Positions 28,652 through 38,140 of a stretch of DNA of 64,000 nucleotides are shown in pieces. Each line of letters starts with the position of its first letter. Positions within the stretch are counted from its first letter, which is position 1. The translations under genes were made by a program, and so were the position numbers. The DNA comes from an uncultured Verrucomicrobiaceae bacterium (lineage in GTDB: Bacteria; Pseudomonadota; Gammaproteobacteria; Pseudomonadales; CAMLJR01): positions 14,749 through 78,748 of the forward strand of contig CAZEVP010000001.1 in the NCBI GenBank assembly GCA_964515735.1, read 5' to 3'. The notes below the pieces were generated by a model. That model ran no database searches. It was not told the origin of the DNA and saw only the letters and a list, made by a program, of their open reading frames with translations.

Positions 28652-28774
28652 GATTCTCTCTGCTCTCCACCCTTGACCTCGACGATACGGCCGACATGAG
28701 GGACATGCCCCTCGTCATCATTGCCCGCGATTCATTTTAAATACTTTTCATTCACCGGATAGGCGACCTTTTCA

Positions 28775-30277
28775 TCAATAGACATCCTTGCTGAACAACG
28801 ATCGCGGCGTCTTCAGAAGAATGACCAGATCCAGCCAGAGCGACCAGTTATTGATGTACTGGATATCCAGCTCGACACGCCGCAGCATCTTGTCCAGCGT
28901 ATCGGTTTCACCTCGATACCCGCTGACCTGAGCCAGCCCGGTAATTCCCGGCTTTATGCGATGGCGCAACATATAAGAGGGAATCTGTCGTGAATAGAAA
29001 TCGTTGTGCTCGATGGCATGTGGCCTCGGTCCTACCAGAGACATTCGCCCCTGCAGTACGTTGAACAGCTGCGGAAGCTCATCGATGCTGGTTCGGCGAA
29101 TGAAACGTCCAATGCGCGTAACACGATTGTCATTCCGCTTCGCCTGCGAAACCCGCCTGTCGACATGCACTTTCATCGAACGAAACTTCCAGACCTCGAT
29201 GACACGGCCATCCCAGCCATGCCGGCTCTGCCGAAAGATGATCGGCCCCGGCGACGACTGCCACACCAGGAAAGCGATGGCCATCATCAGTGGACTGAGC
29301 GCCACCAACATCAGAGATGCGATGACCTTGTCGAAGATGCTCTTGAAGAGCGCTTTCGTCTCCGATGCCAGCGGCGACTCCGAAAGGGTTATCAGCGGCA
29401 GTCCGTTGAGTTCCTTCACCGAGTGGTTCAGCAACTGCATGGAGAAGATATCGGGGACCCACACCACATCCACCGTGGTGGAAGAGAGTGCGTCGTAGAT
29501 GCGTTCGATCTCCTGCGACCGTCCGATCGGAACGACGATATAGACACGGGATATTTCCCTCTCCACGACCACCTTCGCGAGGACATCTATATCACCGAGA
29601 AGAGGAACGCCGAGAGAGGAATCACTGTCGCCTTCGGCATCGGCTTCACCGATCATGCCGACGACTCGATCACTGATCCAGTTGTTGCGGTTCACGCTGG
29701 CCACCAACTCCTTCGCCAGCGGCCCCATACCCACCACCAATGCCTTTCGCATCGGAATCGCGTGCTGTCTTGCGCGTCTGTTCGCCATGTATGCGAGCTG
29801 ATAGATGGCGATCTGGCTCGCATAACCGAGCACAGACCAACCGAGAATCACGGCGCGCGAGAACTGTTCGCCGGTCTGGCTGAAAAAGATCGCGACAACC
29901 ACCACACCGACCAGCAGCAGCCAGGAGCGACCGATGCGAAGGCAGCCTCCCAGAAATCCGTTGAAACGCCGACAGATTCCTCGCCAGTTGTATATCGTCA
30001 ACTGACTGATGGCGATAATGACCGTCAGATAGCGGTAGTGCGACTGCAGCGTGCCGTCCCGCCAGATGGCGAGCCCGGCCAGCACGGCAACGGCGGCCAG
30101 CACGCTGACCATCAACTGCAGCTGTGCTGCCAGCGTGTCGCGATCCTGCAGCAGACGACGGGATCTCTTGCCGGCCACATGCACGTAAGCGAGTGGATCT
30201 ATTCGCTGGTGACTGTTCACCACAACCCCCTGGCCACACTTCCCGACAGAACTCTCACGCCAACATCCATTCGCCAC
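28775..30277 (-). CDS. Polyprenyl-phosphate sugar phosphotransferase (WbaP/EpsB-type priming enzyme)
   Basis: C-terminal bacterial sugar-transferase domain: RFIRRTSIDELPQLFNVLQGRMSLVGPRPH...KPGITGLAQVSGYRGE. N-terminal TM bundle. Confidence 0.88.
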   Translation of the reverse strand: MANGCWRESSVGKCGQGVVVNSHQRIDPLAYVHVAGKRSRRLLQDRDTLAAQLQLMVSVLAAVAVLAGLAIWRDGTLQSHYRYLTVIIAISQLTIYNWRGICRRFNGFLGGCLRIGRSWLLLVGVVVVAIFFSQTGEQFSRAVILGWSVLGYASQIAIYQLAYMANRRARQHAIPMRKALVVGMGPLAKELVASVNRNNWISDRVVGMIGEADAEGDSDSSLGVPLLGDIDVLAKVVVEREISRVYIVVPIGRSQEIERIYDALSSTTVDVVWVPDIFSMQLLNHSVKELNGLPLITLSESPLASETKALFKSIFDKVIASLMLVALSPLMMAIAFLVWQSSPGPIIFRQSRHGWDGRVIEVWKFRSMKVHVDRRVSQAKRNDNRVTRIGRFIRRTSIDELPQLFNVLQGRMSLVGPRPHAIEHNDFYSRQIPSYMLRHRIKPGITGLAQVSGYRGETDTLDKMLRRVELDIQYINNWSLWLDLVILLKTPRSLFSKDVY

Positions 30278-30650
30278 TGGTTGCGCATGTGGCTTCTGGC
30301 ACGGTTCATTGTCATGAAGGCGACTGGAGAATCCCCTTAACGACCAGACTCCATGCGACTAATCTGCCATGCAATCCCATGGCTTCTGATGCGGCACATT
30401 TTCAGTGTCAGGGAAAAGCTCATCGACAGAGCCGACGATGCATATTCTTCACTGACACCTTTGACTCGAGCTTACTGACAGGCAAATACAACTGGCGGGC
30501 AATACTACGCGGGGTACTGGTACTTATTTTTTCGATTGGGCTATCGAATAGGTTTTGCAGAGTTTAAAAACCAATGGCCGTCCGTGAATGAGAAATTCCT
30601 CTCAAATTCGAAAAACCGGAAGATATATATCGGTATCGGATTGGTTCGAA

Positions 30651-30693
30651 CGACCGATAAAACCGCACAAACCCTGTGCAAATTTATCGGTCG
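30651..30693. repeat. Nested inverted repeat (11-bp outer + 5-bp inner stems) 40 bp downstream of the cysS stop
   Basis: cgaccgataaa-acc-gcaca-aaccc-tgtgc-aaa-tttatcggtcg read directly. No U-tract on either strand. Confidence 0.5.
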
Positions 30694-30733
30694 GATGACG
30701 GTTCCAGCGCAGGAACGACCTGAACGCGCCGGT

Positions 30734-32128
30734 TTACTCCCGGCGCCAGCTGGTCCCGCCAGCGCCATCTTCCAGAATCACGCCCTGCGCCTTCAGCTCG
30801 TCGCGAATCTGATCGGAGCGTGCGAAATCCTTCGCCTTGCGCGCGGCCAGACGCTCGGCGATCAGCGCTTCGATCTTCGCCGCGTCGAGCCCGCCGACGG
30901 CACCGCCCTGCAGGTAGGCGACCGGATCGTTCTGCAGAATGCCGAGCACCACAGCCAGCGCCTTCAGCTCGGCCGCATGACGCCGTGCCACCACGCCGTC
31001 GCCGGCCGTGTTGATCGCCCGCACCAGATCGAACAGCACAGCCAGTGCTTCACGGGTGTTGAAGTCGTCGTCCATTGCCGCGTTGAAGCGGTCGTGGAAC
31101 GCGCTGGTTTCGAGCTGCCCGCGGTTCGCCGGTTCGACGTCGGCGTGGTCGCGCAGCGCGGTGTAGAGACGGTCGAGGCCGGAGCGCGCCTCCTGTAGGC
31201 TCTGCTGCGAGTAGTCGATCGCGCTGCGATAGTGGCTGCTGATCAGCAGGTAGCGCACCACCTCGGGATCGTACTGCGCGAGGATGTCGCGGATCGTGAA
31301 GAAGTTGCCGAGCGACTTCGACATCTTCTCGCCGTCGACACGCACCGCGCCGGCGTGCATCCAGACGTTGGCGTAGTGCTTGCCAGTGGCAGCCTCGCTC
31401 TGCGCGATCTCGTTCTCGTGGTGCGGGAAACGCAGATCGGGGCCGCCGCCGTGGATGTCGAAGGTGTCGCCGAGGCAGCAGGTCGACATCGCCGAGCACT
31501 CGATGTGCCAACCGGGACGACCCGGCCCCCACGGCGATTCCCACACCGCCTCCTCGCTCGGCTTGGCCGCCTTCCACAGCGCGAAGTCGCGCGGGTCGCG
31601 CTTGGCCTCGTCGACCTCGATGCGGGCGCCGGCCAGCAGCTCTTCCGGGTTCTTGCCCGAGAGCTTGCCGTAGCCTTCGAATTTCGCCACCGCGTAGTAG
31701 ACGTCGCCGTTGTCGGCGCGATAGGCGTAACCGTTGGCGACCAGTTTTTCGATCAGCGCAATCATCTCGCCGATGTGCTGCGTCGCGCGCGGCTCGATGG
31801 TCGGCGGCAGGATGCCGAGGCGGCGCTCATCCTCGTGCATCGCATCGATGAAGCGGCCGGTCAGCGCGTCGTAGGCTTCGCCATTTTCACCGGCACGCTT
31901 GAGGATCTTGTCGTCGACGTCGGTGATGTTGCGAACGTAGGTGACCTCGAAACCACGCGAGCGCAGATAGCGCACGACGACGTCGAAGGCGACCAGCACG
32001 CGCGCATGGCCGAGGTGGCAGTAGTCGTAGACGGTCATGCCGCAGACGTACATGCGCACCTTGCCCGGTTCGATCGGGGTGAACGTGTCCTTGTTGCGGC
32101 TCAGTGTGTTGTAGATCTTCAGCGCCAT
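30734..32128 (-). CDS. cysS: Cysteinyl-tRNA synthetase
   Basis: 464 aa. [16 protein letters not shown]...[15 protein letters not shown] (HIGH), KMSKSLGN (KMSKS). Confidence 0.97.
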   Translation of the reverse strand: MALKIYNTLSRNKDTFTPIEPGKVRMYVCGMTVYDYCHLGHARVLVAFDVVVRYLRSRGFEVTYVRNITDVDDKILKRAGENGEAYDALTGRFIDAMHEDERRLGILPPTIEPRATQHIGEMIALIEKLVANGYAYRADNGDVYYAVAKFEGYGKLSGKNPEELLAGARIEVDEAKRDPRDFALWKAAKPSEEAVWESPWGPGRPGWHIECSAMSTCCLGDTFDIHGGGPDLRFPHHENEIAQSEAATGKHYANVWMHAGAVRVDGEKMSKSLGNFFTIRDILAQYDPEVVRYLLISSHYRSAIDYSQQSLQEARSGLDRLYTALRDHADVEPANRGQLETSAFHDRFNAAMDDDFNTREALAVLFDLVRAINTAGDGVVARRHAAELKALAVVLGILQNDPVAYLQGGAVGGLDAAKIEALIAERLAARKAKDFARSDQIRDELKAQGVILEDGAGGTSWRRE

Positions 32129-32155
32129 CGACTCTGCTCGATAAAGTTGTGACGG

Positions 32156-33883
32156 TTATTCGCCGCCGGTCGCGGCTTCGTTGCCGGCAACCGACTCGTT
32201 GAAGGTGTCGCGCAGGCCGATGGTCCTGTTGAAGACCGGCCGCTGCGCGTTGTGATCGTAGCGGTCGGCGACGAAATAGCCCTCGCGCTCGAACTGGAAG
32301 TGACTCTCCGGAGCCACCCCGGCCAGCGCCGGCTCGATCCACGCCTCGCGCACCGACAGTGCCTGCAGGTTGATGTGATCGAGAAAGTGCCCCTCGCCGC
32401 GATCGGGCGCCGGATCGGTGAACAGCCGCTCGTAGAGCCGCACCTCGGCCTTGATGCCATGCGTCGCCGACACCCACTGGATGACGCCCTTCGGCTTGAT
32501 ACCGTCGGCCGGATCATTGCCGTGCGTCGCCGCGTCGTAGCTGGCGCGAACCTCGACGATGTTGCCTGCATCATCCTTCACCACTTCGTCGGCGGTGATG
32601 ACGTAGGCGTGGCGCAGACGCACCTTCTTGCCGAGCACGAGACGCTTGTACTTCTTGTTGGCCTCCTCACGGAAATCGGCGCGGTCGATGTAGATCTCGC
32701 GCGTGAACGGCATCGTCCGCTCGCCGAGGTCGGGGCGCGACGGATGGTTCGGCGCCTGCAGTTGTTCGACCTGCCCTTCCGGGAAATTGGTGATGACCAC
32801 CTTCAGCGGATCGAGCACGCACAGCGCGCGCGGTGCGTTCTTGTCGAGGTCGTCGCGAATCGCGAACTCCAGCATCGCGACATCGACGACGCCCTCGCTG
32901 CGCGCCACGCCGATCATGTCGCAGAAATTGCGGATCGCGCGCGGCGTGAAACCGCGACGGCGCATGCCGGCCAGCGTCGGCATGCGCGGATCGTCCCAGC
33001 CATGCACGATCTTCTCGTCGACCAGCTGCTTCAGCTTGCGTTTGCTGGTGACGGTGTAGTTCAGGTTCAGCCGCGCGAATTCGTACTGGCGCGGTTTCGC
33101 CGGCACCGGCAGGTTGTCGATCAGCCAGTCGTACAGCGGGCGGTGATCCTCGAATTCCAGCGTGCAGATCGAATGGGTGATGCCTTCGATCGCGTCGGAC
33201 TGGCCATGCGCGAAGTCGTAGCTCGGATAGATGCACCACTTGTCGCCAGTCTGGTGGTGATGCGCCTTGCGGATGCGGTACAGGATCGGGTCGCGCAGAT
33301 TGATGTTCGGCGCCGCCATGTCGATCTTGGCGCGCAGCACGCACTCGCCGTCGGCGAACTCGCCGGCGCGCATGCGCGCGAACAGGTCGAGGTTCTCGTC
33401 GACGCCGCGCTCGCGATGGGGACTGTTGCGACCCGGCTCGGTCAGAGAGCCGCGATACTGGCGCGCTTCGTCGGGGCTCAGGTGGCAGACATAGGCCTTG
33501 CCGGCACGGATCAGGTGCAGCGCCCAGTCGTGCAGCTGATCGAAATGATCCGAGGCGTAGCGCACCGGCTCCTGCCACTGGAAACCGAGCCACGCCACGT
33601 CGGCCTTGATCGCGTCGATGTACTCCTGGCTCTCCTTCTCCGGGTTGGTGTCGTCGAAACGCAGGTTGCAGGTGCCGCCGAACTGTTCGGCGAGACCGAA
33701 GTTCAGACAGATCGACTTGGCGTGACCGACGTGCAGGTAGCCGTTCGGCTCCGGCGGGAAGCGGGTGGCCACGCGGCCACCGTTGCGGCCGGCAGCCAGA
33801 TCCTCTTCGATGATCTGGCGCAGGAAATTGTTCGGCCCCCGGCTGTCACTGACGGGGCTTTCGCTGTTGGGGCTTTCGCTCAT
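32156..33883 (-). CDS. glnS: Glutaminyl-tRNA synthetase
   Basis: ATG at 33883: MSESPNSE...[11 protein letters not shown]...[19 protein letters not shown] (HIGH), VTSKRKL (class I KMSKS-like). The track ORF's 65-codon N-terminal extension is implausible. Confidence 0.95.
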   Translation of the reverse strand: MSESPNSESPVSDSRGPNNFLRQIIEEDLAAGRNGGRVATRFPPEPNGYLHVGHAKSICLNFGLAEQFGGTCNLRFDDTNPEKESQEYIDAIKADVAWLGFQWQEPVRYASDHFDQLHDWALHLIRAGKAYVCHLSPDEARQYRGSLTEPGRNSPHRERGVDENLDLFARMRAGEFADGECVLRAKIDMAAPNINLRDPILYRIRKAHHHQTGDKWCIYPSYDFAHGQSDAIEGITHSICTLEFEDHRPLYDWLIDNLPVPAKPRQYEFARLNLNYTVTSKRKLKQLVDEKIVHGWDDPRMPTLAGMRRRGFTPRAIRNFCDMIGVARSEGVVDVAMLEFAIRDDLDKNAPRALCVLDPLKVVITNFPEGQVEQLQAPNHPSRPDLGERTMPFTREIYIDRADFREEANKKYKRLVLGKKVRLRHAYVITADEVVKDDAGNIVEVRASYDAATHGNDPADGIKPKGVIQWVSATHGIKAEVRLYERLFTDPAPDRGEGHFLDHINLQALSVREAWIEPALAGVAPESHFQFEREGYFVADRYDHNAQRPVFNRTIGLRDTFNESVAGNEAATGGE

Positions 33884-34001
33884 GCGGGTCTCGCGCGGTG
33901 GAGGCAACGGTAAGGGACGGCTGGAGGGCGGCGGTTCCGCGGCGGGCGCGGGCGGCGTATTATAGCCGCCCCTTTCACCCGATGAAAAAGACGGCCCGCG
34001 C

Positions 34002-34502
34002 ATGATTACCCTGCACACCAACTTCGGCGACATCAAACTGGAACTCGACTTCGACAAGGCGCCGAAAACGGCCGCCAACTTCCAGCAGTATGTCGAGGAA
34101 GGCTTCTACGACGGCACCGTGTTCCACCGCGTCATCGACGGTTTCATGGTTCAGGGCGGCGGTTTCGAACCGGGCATGAAACAGAAATCGACCCGCGCCC
34201 CGATCGACAACGAGGCCGACAACGGCCTGAAGAACGAGACCGGCACCGTCGCGATGGCGCGGACGATGGACCCGCACTCGGCCTCGGCGCAGTTCTTCAT
34301 CAACGTCGCCGACAACCACTTCCTGAACCACAGCGCCAAGACCCAGCAGGGCTGGGGCTACGCCGTGTTCGGCCGCGTGGTCGAGGGCATGGACGTGATC
34401 AACCGCATCAAGAGCGTCGCCACCACCCGCAAGTCGGGCCACCAGGACGTGCCGGCCGAGGACGTCGTCATCGAGAAGGCGACGGTCGAGCCGCAGGCCT
34501 GA
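34002..34502 (+). CDS. ppiB: Peptidyl-prolyl cis-trans isomerase B (cyclophilin type)
   Basis: 166 aa. [27 protein letters not shown]...[15 protein letters not shown]. Confidence 0.95.
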   Translation: MITLHTNFGDIKLELDFDKAPKTAANFQQYVEEGFYDGTVFHRVIDGFMVQGGGFEPGMKQKSTRAPIDNEADNGLKNETGTVAMARTMDPHSASAQFFINVADNHFLNHSAKTQQGWGYAVFGRVVEGMDVINRIKSVATTRKSGHQDVPAEDVVIEKATVEPQA

Positions 34503-34518
34503 TCCCGCAGCCCCGCCG

Positions 34519-35247
34519 ATGGCCACCTGGTTCATCTCGGACCTGCATCTGCAGGCGTCGCGCCCCGAGCTGACGCGCGCCTGCATCGATCTGCTGGACG
34601 AGCTGCACGGCAGCGATGCCCTCTACATTCTCGGCGACCTGTTCGAGGCGTGGATCGGCGACGACGATGACGAACCGTGGCAGGCCGAGCTGATCGCGGC
34701 GCTTGGCCGGCTCGCCGCCAGCGGCACTCCCCTCTTCTTTCTGCATGGCAATCGCGACTTTCTGGTCGGTGCTGCCTTCGCCCGGCGCTGCGGCCTGACG
34801 CTGCTGCCGGAATCGGTCGTCATCGACCTGTACGGACGCCGGGCGCTGCTGATGCACGGCGACACGCTGTGCACCGAGGATCAGGACTACCTCGCCTTCC
34901 GCAATCAGGTGCGCAACCCGCTGTGGCAACAGGCCGTGCTGGCGAAGCCGCTGGCGGAGCGGCGCCAGCTGGCCGCAATGCTGCGCAACGAAAGCCGCAC
35001 GGCCGGCGCGCAGAAAGCGCTCGACATCATGGACGTGACGCCGTCCGAGGTGGAGCGGGCGCTGCGCGATGCCGGCGTCGACCTGCTGATCCACGGCCAC
35101 ACCCACCGGCCGGCCCGCCACCCGCTGCTGCTCGACGGCGGGCCGGCCGAGCGCATCGTCCTCGGCGACTGGGGCGGCAGCGGCTGGAAACTGCGGGCCG
35201 GGCGCGACGGCAGCCTGGCGCTGCTGCAGTTTCCGATCGGTGCCTGA
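34519..35247 (+). CDS. lpxH: UDP-2,3-diacylglucosamine diphosphatase
   Basis: 242 aa. FISDLHL...LYILGDLFEAWIGDDD...LHGNRDFL...HGHTHRP calcineurin-like metallophosphoesterase motifs, in ppiB-lpxH order. Confidence 0.9.
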   Translation: MATWFISDLHLQASRPELTRACIDLLDELHGSDALYILGDLFEAWIGDDDDEPWQAELIAALGRLAASGTPLFFLHGNRDFLVGAAFARRCGLTLLPESVVIDLYGRRALLMHGDTLCTEDQDYLAFRNQVRNPLWQQAVLAKPLAERRQLAAMLRNESRTAGAQKALDIMDVTPSEVERALRDAGVDLLIHGHTHRPARHPLLLDGGPAERIVLGDWGGSGWKLRAGRDGSLALLQFPIGA

Positions 35248-35283
35248 CGGCTTTTCCGAACGCCTGGAGACCACCCGCCCCAC

Positions 35284-35913
35284 TCAGGCCGCGGCCGGCG
35301 GCCCGCTGTGAAAGCGCAGCTCCACGTCCGCTGATTCGATCAGCTCGCGCTCGACCGTCGCGAAATGCGCGACGCGCTCATCGATCGGCCCCAGCCCGCA
35401 CTCCTGCGCGCAGCTCCCGGCCAGCTTCAGGTAGGATTGGAAGTGACGCCCCTCCGACGCCAGCAGGCCGCGATAGAACTTCGCCAGCTCGGCATCGATC
35501 GCTTCCAGCAGCGGCGCCAGCCGCGCGAAGCGCTCGCACGAACGCGCCTCTATGAAAGCACCGACGATCAGCGTGTCGACCAGCCGCGCCGGTTCGTGCG
35601 AGCGGATATGCCTGTGCAGGCCGCCGGCATAACGCGCCGACGACAGCTGCCGGTAGGCGATGCCGCGCGCCGCCATCAGCGCCGTCACCTGCTCGAAGTG
35701 GCGCAGCTCCTCGCGCGCCAGCCGCGACATGCGCCAGATCAGCTGCGGCCGCTCGACATAGCGATAGAGCAGATTGACCGCCGTGGCGGCCGCCTTCTTC
35801 TCGCAGTTGGCGTGGTCGATCAGCAGCGTCGGCAGATCGGCGCAGGCGGCGGCGAGCCAGGCATCGGGCGTGGGACAGGGCAGGAAGTCTTCGATGGCTT
35901 GCAGGTCGGACAT
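35284..35913 (-). CDS. miaE: tRNA-(ms2io6A)-hydroxylase MiaE-like di-iron protein
   Basis: ATG at 35913. LLIDHANCEKKAAATAVNLLYRY...LAREELRHFEQV...FIEARSCERF...ASEGRHFQ matches the MiaE ferritin-like pattern. Confidence 0.8.
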   Translation of the reverse strand: MSDLQAIEDFLPCPTPDAWLAAACADLPTLLIDHANCEKKAAATAVNLLYRYVERPQLIWRMSRLAREELRHFEQVTALMAARGIAYRQLSSARYAGGLHRHIRSHEPARLVDTLIVGAFIEARSCERFARLAPLLEAIDAELAKFYRGLLASEGRHFQSYLKLAGSCAQECGLGPIDERVAHFATVERELIESADVELRFHSGPPAAA

Positions 35914-36017
35914 GTAAAAAGGACGGCTTTCGACGGAAGGGCGGCAGTATAGCGGCGCCCATCGCAGCGACCTATCCGGCACCTCCTGCACGGACAGCCT
36001 CACAAATATGTCCAGAT

Positions 36018-36043
36018 ATATTTTCAGCAGTCCCTGAAAATAT
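36018..36043. promoter_or_regulatory. 26-bp palindromic element ATATTTTCAG-cagtcc-CTGAAAATAT in the miaE / ThDP-A divergent region
   Basis: 10-bp perfect arms read directly, in an AT-rich patch about 235 bp upstream of the ThDP-A start. Confidence 0.5.
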
Positions 36044-36069
36044 TCCGGGACATCACCATTAAATCGACA

Positions 36070-36087
36070 TATTTGTCCGAACAAATA
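36070..36087. promoter_or_regulatory. Inverted repeat TATTTGT-ccga-ACAAATA upstream of ThDP-A
   Basis: 7-bp perfect arms read directly, about 190 bp upstream of the 36276 start. Confidence 0.4.
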
Positions 36088-36275
36088 CAACTTTTCCGGT
36101 TGCACCGACCGGACCCGCGGCGCTATCCTCCCCCGCTCTCTGAACCGCCGGCCATTCGCTGCGACATCCGGGCACCAGCGGCGGTTCGACCCGATTTTCC
36201 CGACCACTCCCCGCAACCGATGCATCGCCACGCTTACGCAACATACGACTACACAACGACGAGGGTACTCTGATC

Positions 36276-38003
36276 ATGGCCGTCAAAGTCTACGAACGCA
36301 TCCTTGAGCTCTTCGAAGCAGAGGGCATCAACACCGTCTTCGGCATCCCGGATCCCAACTTCGTTCACCTGTTCGTAGCGGCCGAAAAGCGCGGCTGGAA
36401 TGTCGTCACGCCGCACCACGAACTGTCGGCGGGCTTCATGGCCGAAGGCTATGCCCGCATGACCGGCAAACCCGCGCTCTGCATCGCCACGCTGGGCCCG
36501 GGCATCGCCCTCACCTCCGGCTCGATGATGACGTCGCTGGTCGAGAACACGCCGGTCATCTACATCGGCGGCCAGCGCGCCCGCATCACCGAGCAGCGCG
36601 TGCGTCGCGGCCGCATCCAGTTCATCCAGCAGGAAGCGCTGTTCGAGAACTCGGTGAAGTGGAGCGCCAGCATCGAGTACGCCGACCAGACCGACGAAAT
36701 CATTCGCCACGCGCTGCGCGTCTGCCAGTCCGGCACGCCGGGCCCGGTCTACATCGAATACCCGTCGCACATCATCCAGCAGGAGCTGGACGTGCCGCCG
36801 GCGCTGCCGCCGTCGAGCTACCGTCTGGTCGAGCCGGGCGCGGACGGCAACATGGTGGCCAAGGCCGCCGAGCTGATCAAAAACGCGCAGTGCCCGGTGC
36901 TGCTGGTCGGTCACGCCGTGCAGTGCACGCGCGCCGGCCAGAAGGTGAAGGAGCTGGCCGAGCTGATGGGCTGCCCGGTGCTGCAGACCTCCGGTGGCAA
37001 CGCCTTCATCGAAGGCATCGAAGATCGCACCTTCCCCTACCTGTTCGCCGAAGTGGCCGATGAAATCGTCGCCAAGTCCGACGTCGTCGTCGCCATCGGC
37101 ACCGAGATCGGCGAGCCGGTGCACTACGGCCGCGGCTACCTGTGGGCCAAGGGCAACGTCGACCGCAAGTGGATCTACGTCGAACTCGACCCCGAGGCGA
37201 TCGGCCAGAACCGCCCGATCGACGTGCCGCTGGTCGGCGACCTGCGCACCGTCGTACCGCAGCTCTCCGCGGCTCTGAAAGACAGCCCGCGCAAGGAACA
37301 CCCGGACCTGCAGCGCTGGATCAAGGAGGACAAGGAGCGCCTGCACAAGCTGACGCAGCAGGACTTCAAGACCGAAAGCGGCCGCGTCCACACCGGTCAG
37401 TGGGTCATCGAAGCCACCAAAGCCATGCCGAAGAATGCGATCCACGCACGCGACGGCGGCTGCACCGTGATCTTCACGTGGACCTACCTGCAGTCCAAAC
37501 CGCACGACGTGGTCTGGAACCAGAACTTCGGCTGCCTCGGCACCGGTCTGGGCTATGCCATCGGCGCATCGATCGCCGACGGCGGCAAGCGCCCGGTACT
37601 GCTGACCACCAGCGACTCGTCGTTCCTGTATCACATCGGCGATCTGGAAGTGGTGCAGCGCTTCAACCTGCCGATGGTCATCGTCGTCGGCGTGGATAAC
37701 GCGTGGGGTCTGGAAGTGGGCGTCTACAAGCGCACCTTCGGCCACGGCAACACCACCGAGCCGGGCGTGCACTGGAGCAAGAACGTGCGCTTCGACGAAA
37801 TCGCCAAAGGTCTCGGCTGCGAAGGCGTTTACGTCGACAAGGGCGAGGACCTCGGCGCGGCCGTCACGGCGGCATTCGAGAGCGGCAAACCGACCGTCAT
37901 CCACGTGCCGATCGATCCGGTCATCAACCACGGCGGCAACAAGAACCTCGATACGCCGAACTACGACCGCTTCCGCACCTGGTACGCCGAAGGCCAGCAG
38001 TAA
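36276..38003 (+). CDS. Thiamine-diphosphate-dependent enzyme, acetolactate-synthase-like three-domain fold (paralogue A)
   Basis: 575 aa. N-terminal PYR domain with PHHELSAGFMAEGY (catalytic Glu context). C-terminal PP domain with TSDSSFLYHIGDLE...VVGVDNAWG. Family-specific QRVRRGRIQ and C-terminal PNYDRFRTWY. Confidence 0.85.
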   Translation: MAVKVYERILELFEAEGINTVFGIPDPNFVHLFVAAEKRGWNVVTPHHELSAGFMAEGYARMTGKPALCIATLGPGIALTSGSMMTSLVENTPVIYIGGQRARITEQRVRRGRIQFIQQEALFENSVKWSASIEYADQTDEIIRHALRVCQSGTPGPVYIEYPSHIIQQELDVPPALPPSSYRLVEPGADGNMVAKAAELIKNAQCPVLLVGHAVQCTRAGQKVKELAELMGCPVLQTSGGNAFIEGIEDRTFPYLFAEVADEIVAKSDVVVAIGTEIGEPVHYGRGYLWAKGNVDRKWIYVELDPEAIGQNRPIDVPLVGDLRTVVPQLSAALKDSPRKEHPDLQRWIKEDKERLHKLTQQDFKTESGRVHTGQWVIEATKAMPKNAIHARDGGCTVIFTWTYLQSKPHDVVWNQNFGCLGTGLGYAIGASIADGGKRPVLLTTSDSSFLYHIGDLEVVQRFNLPMVIVVGVDNAWGLEVGVYKRTFGHGNTTEPGVHWSKNVRFDEIAKGLGCEGVYVDKGEDLGAAVTAAFESGKPTVIHVPIDPVINHGGNKNLDTPNYDRFRTWYAEGQQ

Positions 38004-38022
38004 TCGGCTTTCGTGTTCCAAT

Positions 38023-38051
38023 AAAAAACCGCGCTTCGGCGCGGTTTTTTT
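38023..38051. terminator. Bidirectional intrinsic terminator
   Basis: aaaaaaccgcgc-ttcg-gcgcggttttttt. It follows the ThDP-A stop (+) and lies about 90 nt after the stop of the minus-strand orphan gene. Confidence 0.85.
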
Positions 38052-38140
38052 ATGGCCGCCATCCATGGCCCCCACCCCTGCGGGGCCGTCGCTGACGCGA
38101 CGTCAAAAATCGCTCCCGGCGATTTTCTGTTTCCGGCTTT

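Noticed and set aside
30278-30733. Search for an att-type direct repeat of the tRNA-Ser 3' end, and for an integrase, at the far end of the EPS island
   Set aside because: Only an 8-nt match (ggttcgaa at ~30642) to the T-arm region was found, which is too short to be meaningful. No integrase, recombinase or transposase ORF exists anywhere in the window.
30278-30733. JUMPStart/ops element (GGCGGTAG) for RfaH-type antitermination upstream of the EPS operon
   Set aside because: I scanned the region on the coding (minus) strand by eye. The motif and its complement ctaccgcc are absent.
36249-38075. 608-aa minus-strand ORF opposite ThDP-A. Analogous long antisense ORFs occur at 41075-42349, 50210-52132, 53140-55068, 54984-56987, 58139-59677 and 61103-63103.
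   Set aside because: All mirror genes with clear family motifs on the other strand, and all have low-complexity Arg/Ala/Asp/His-rich translations. They are treated as non-coding shadows.
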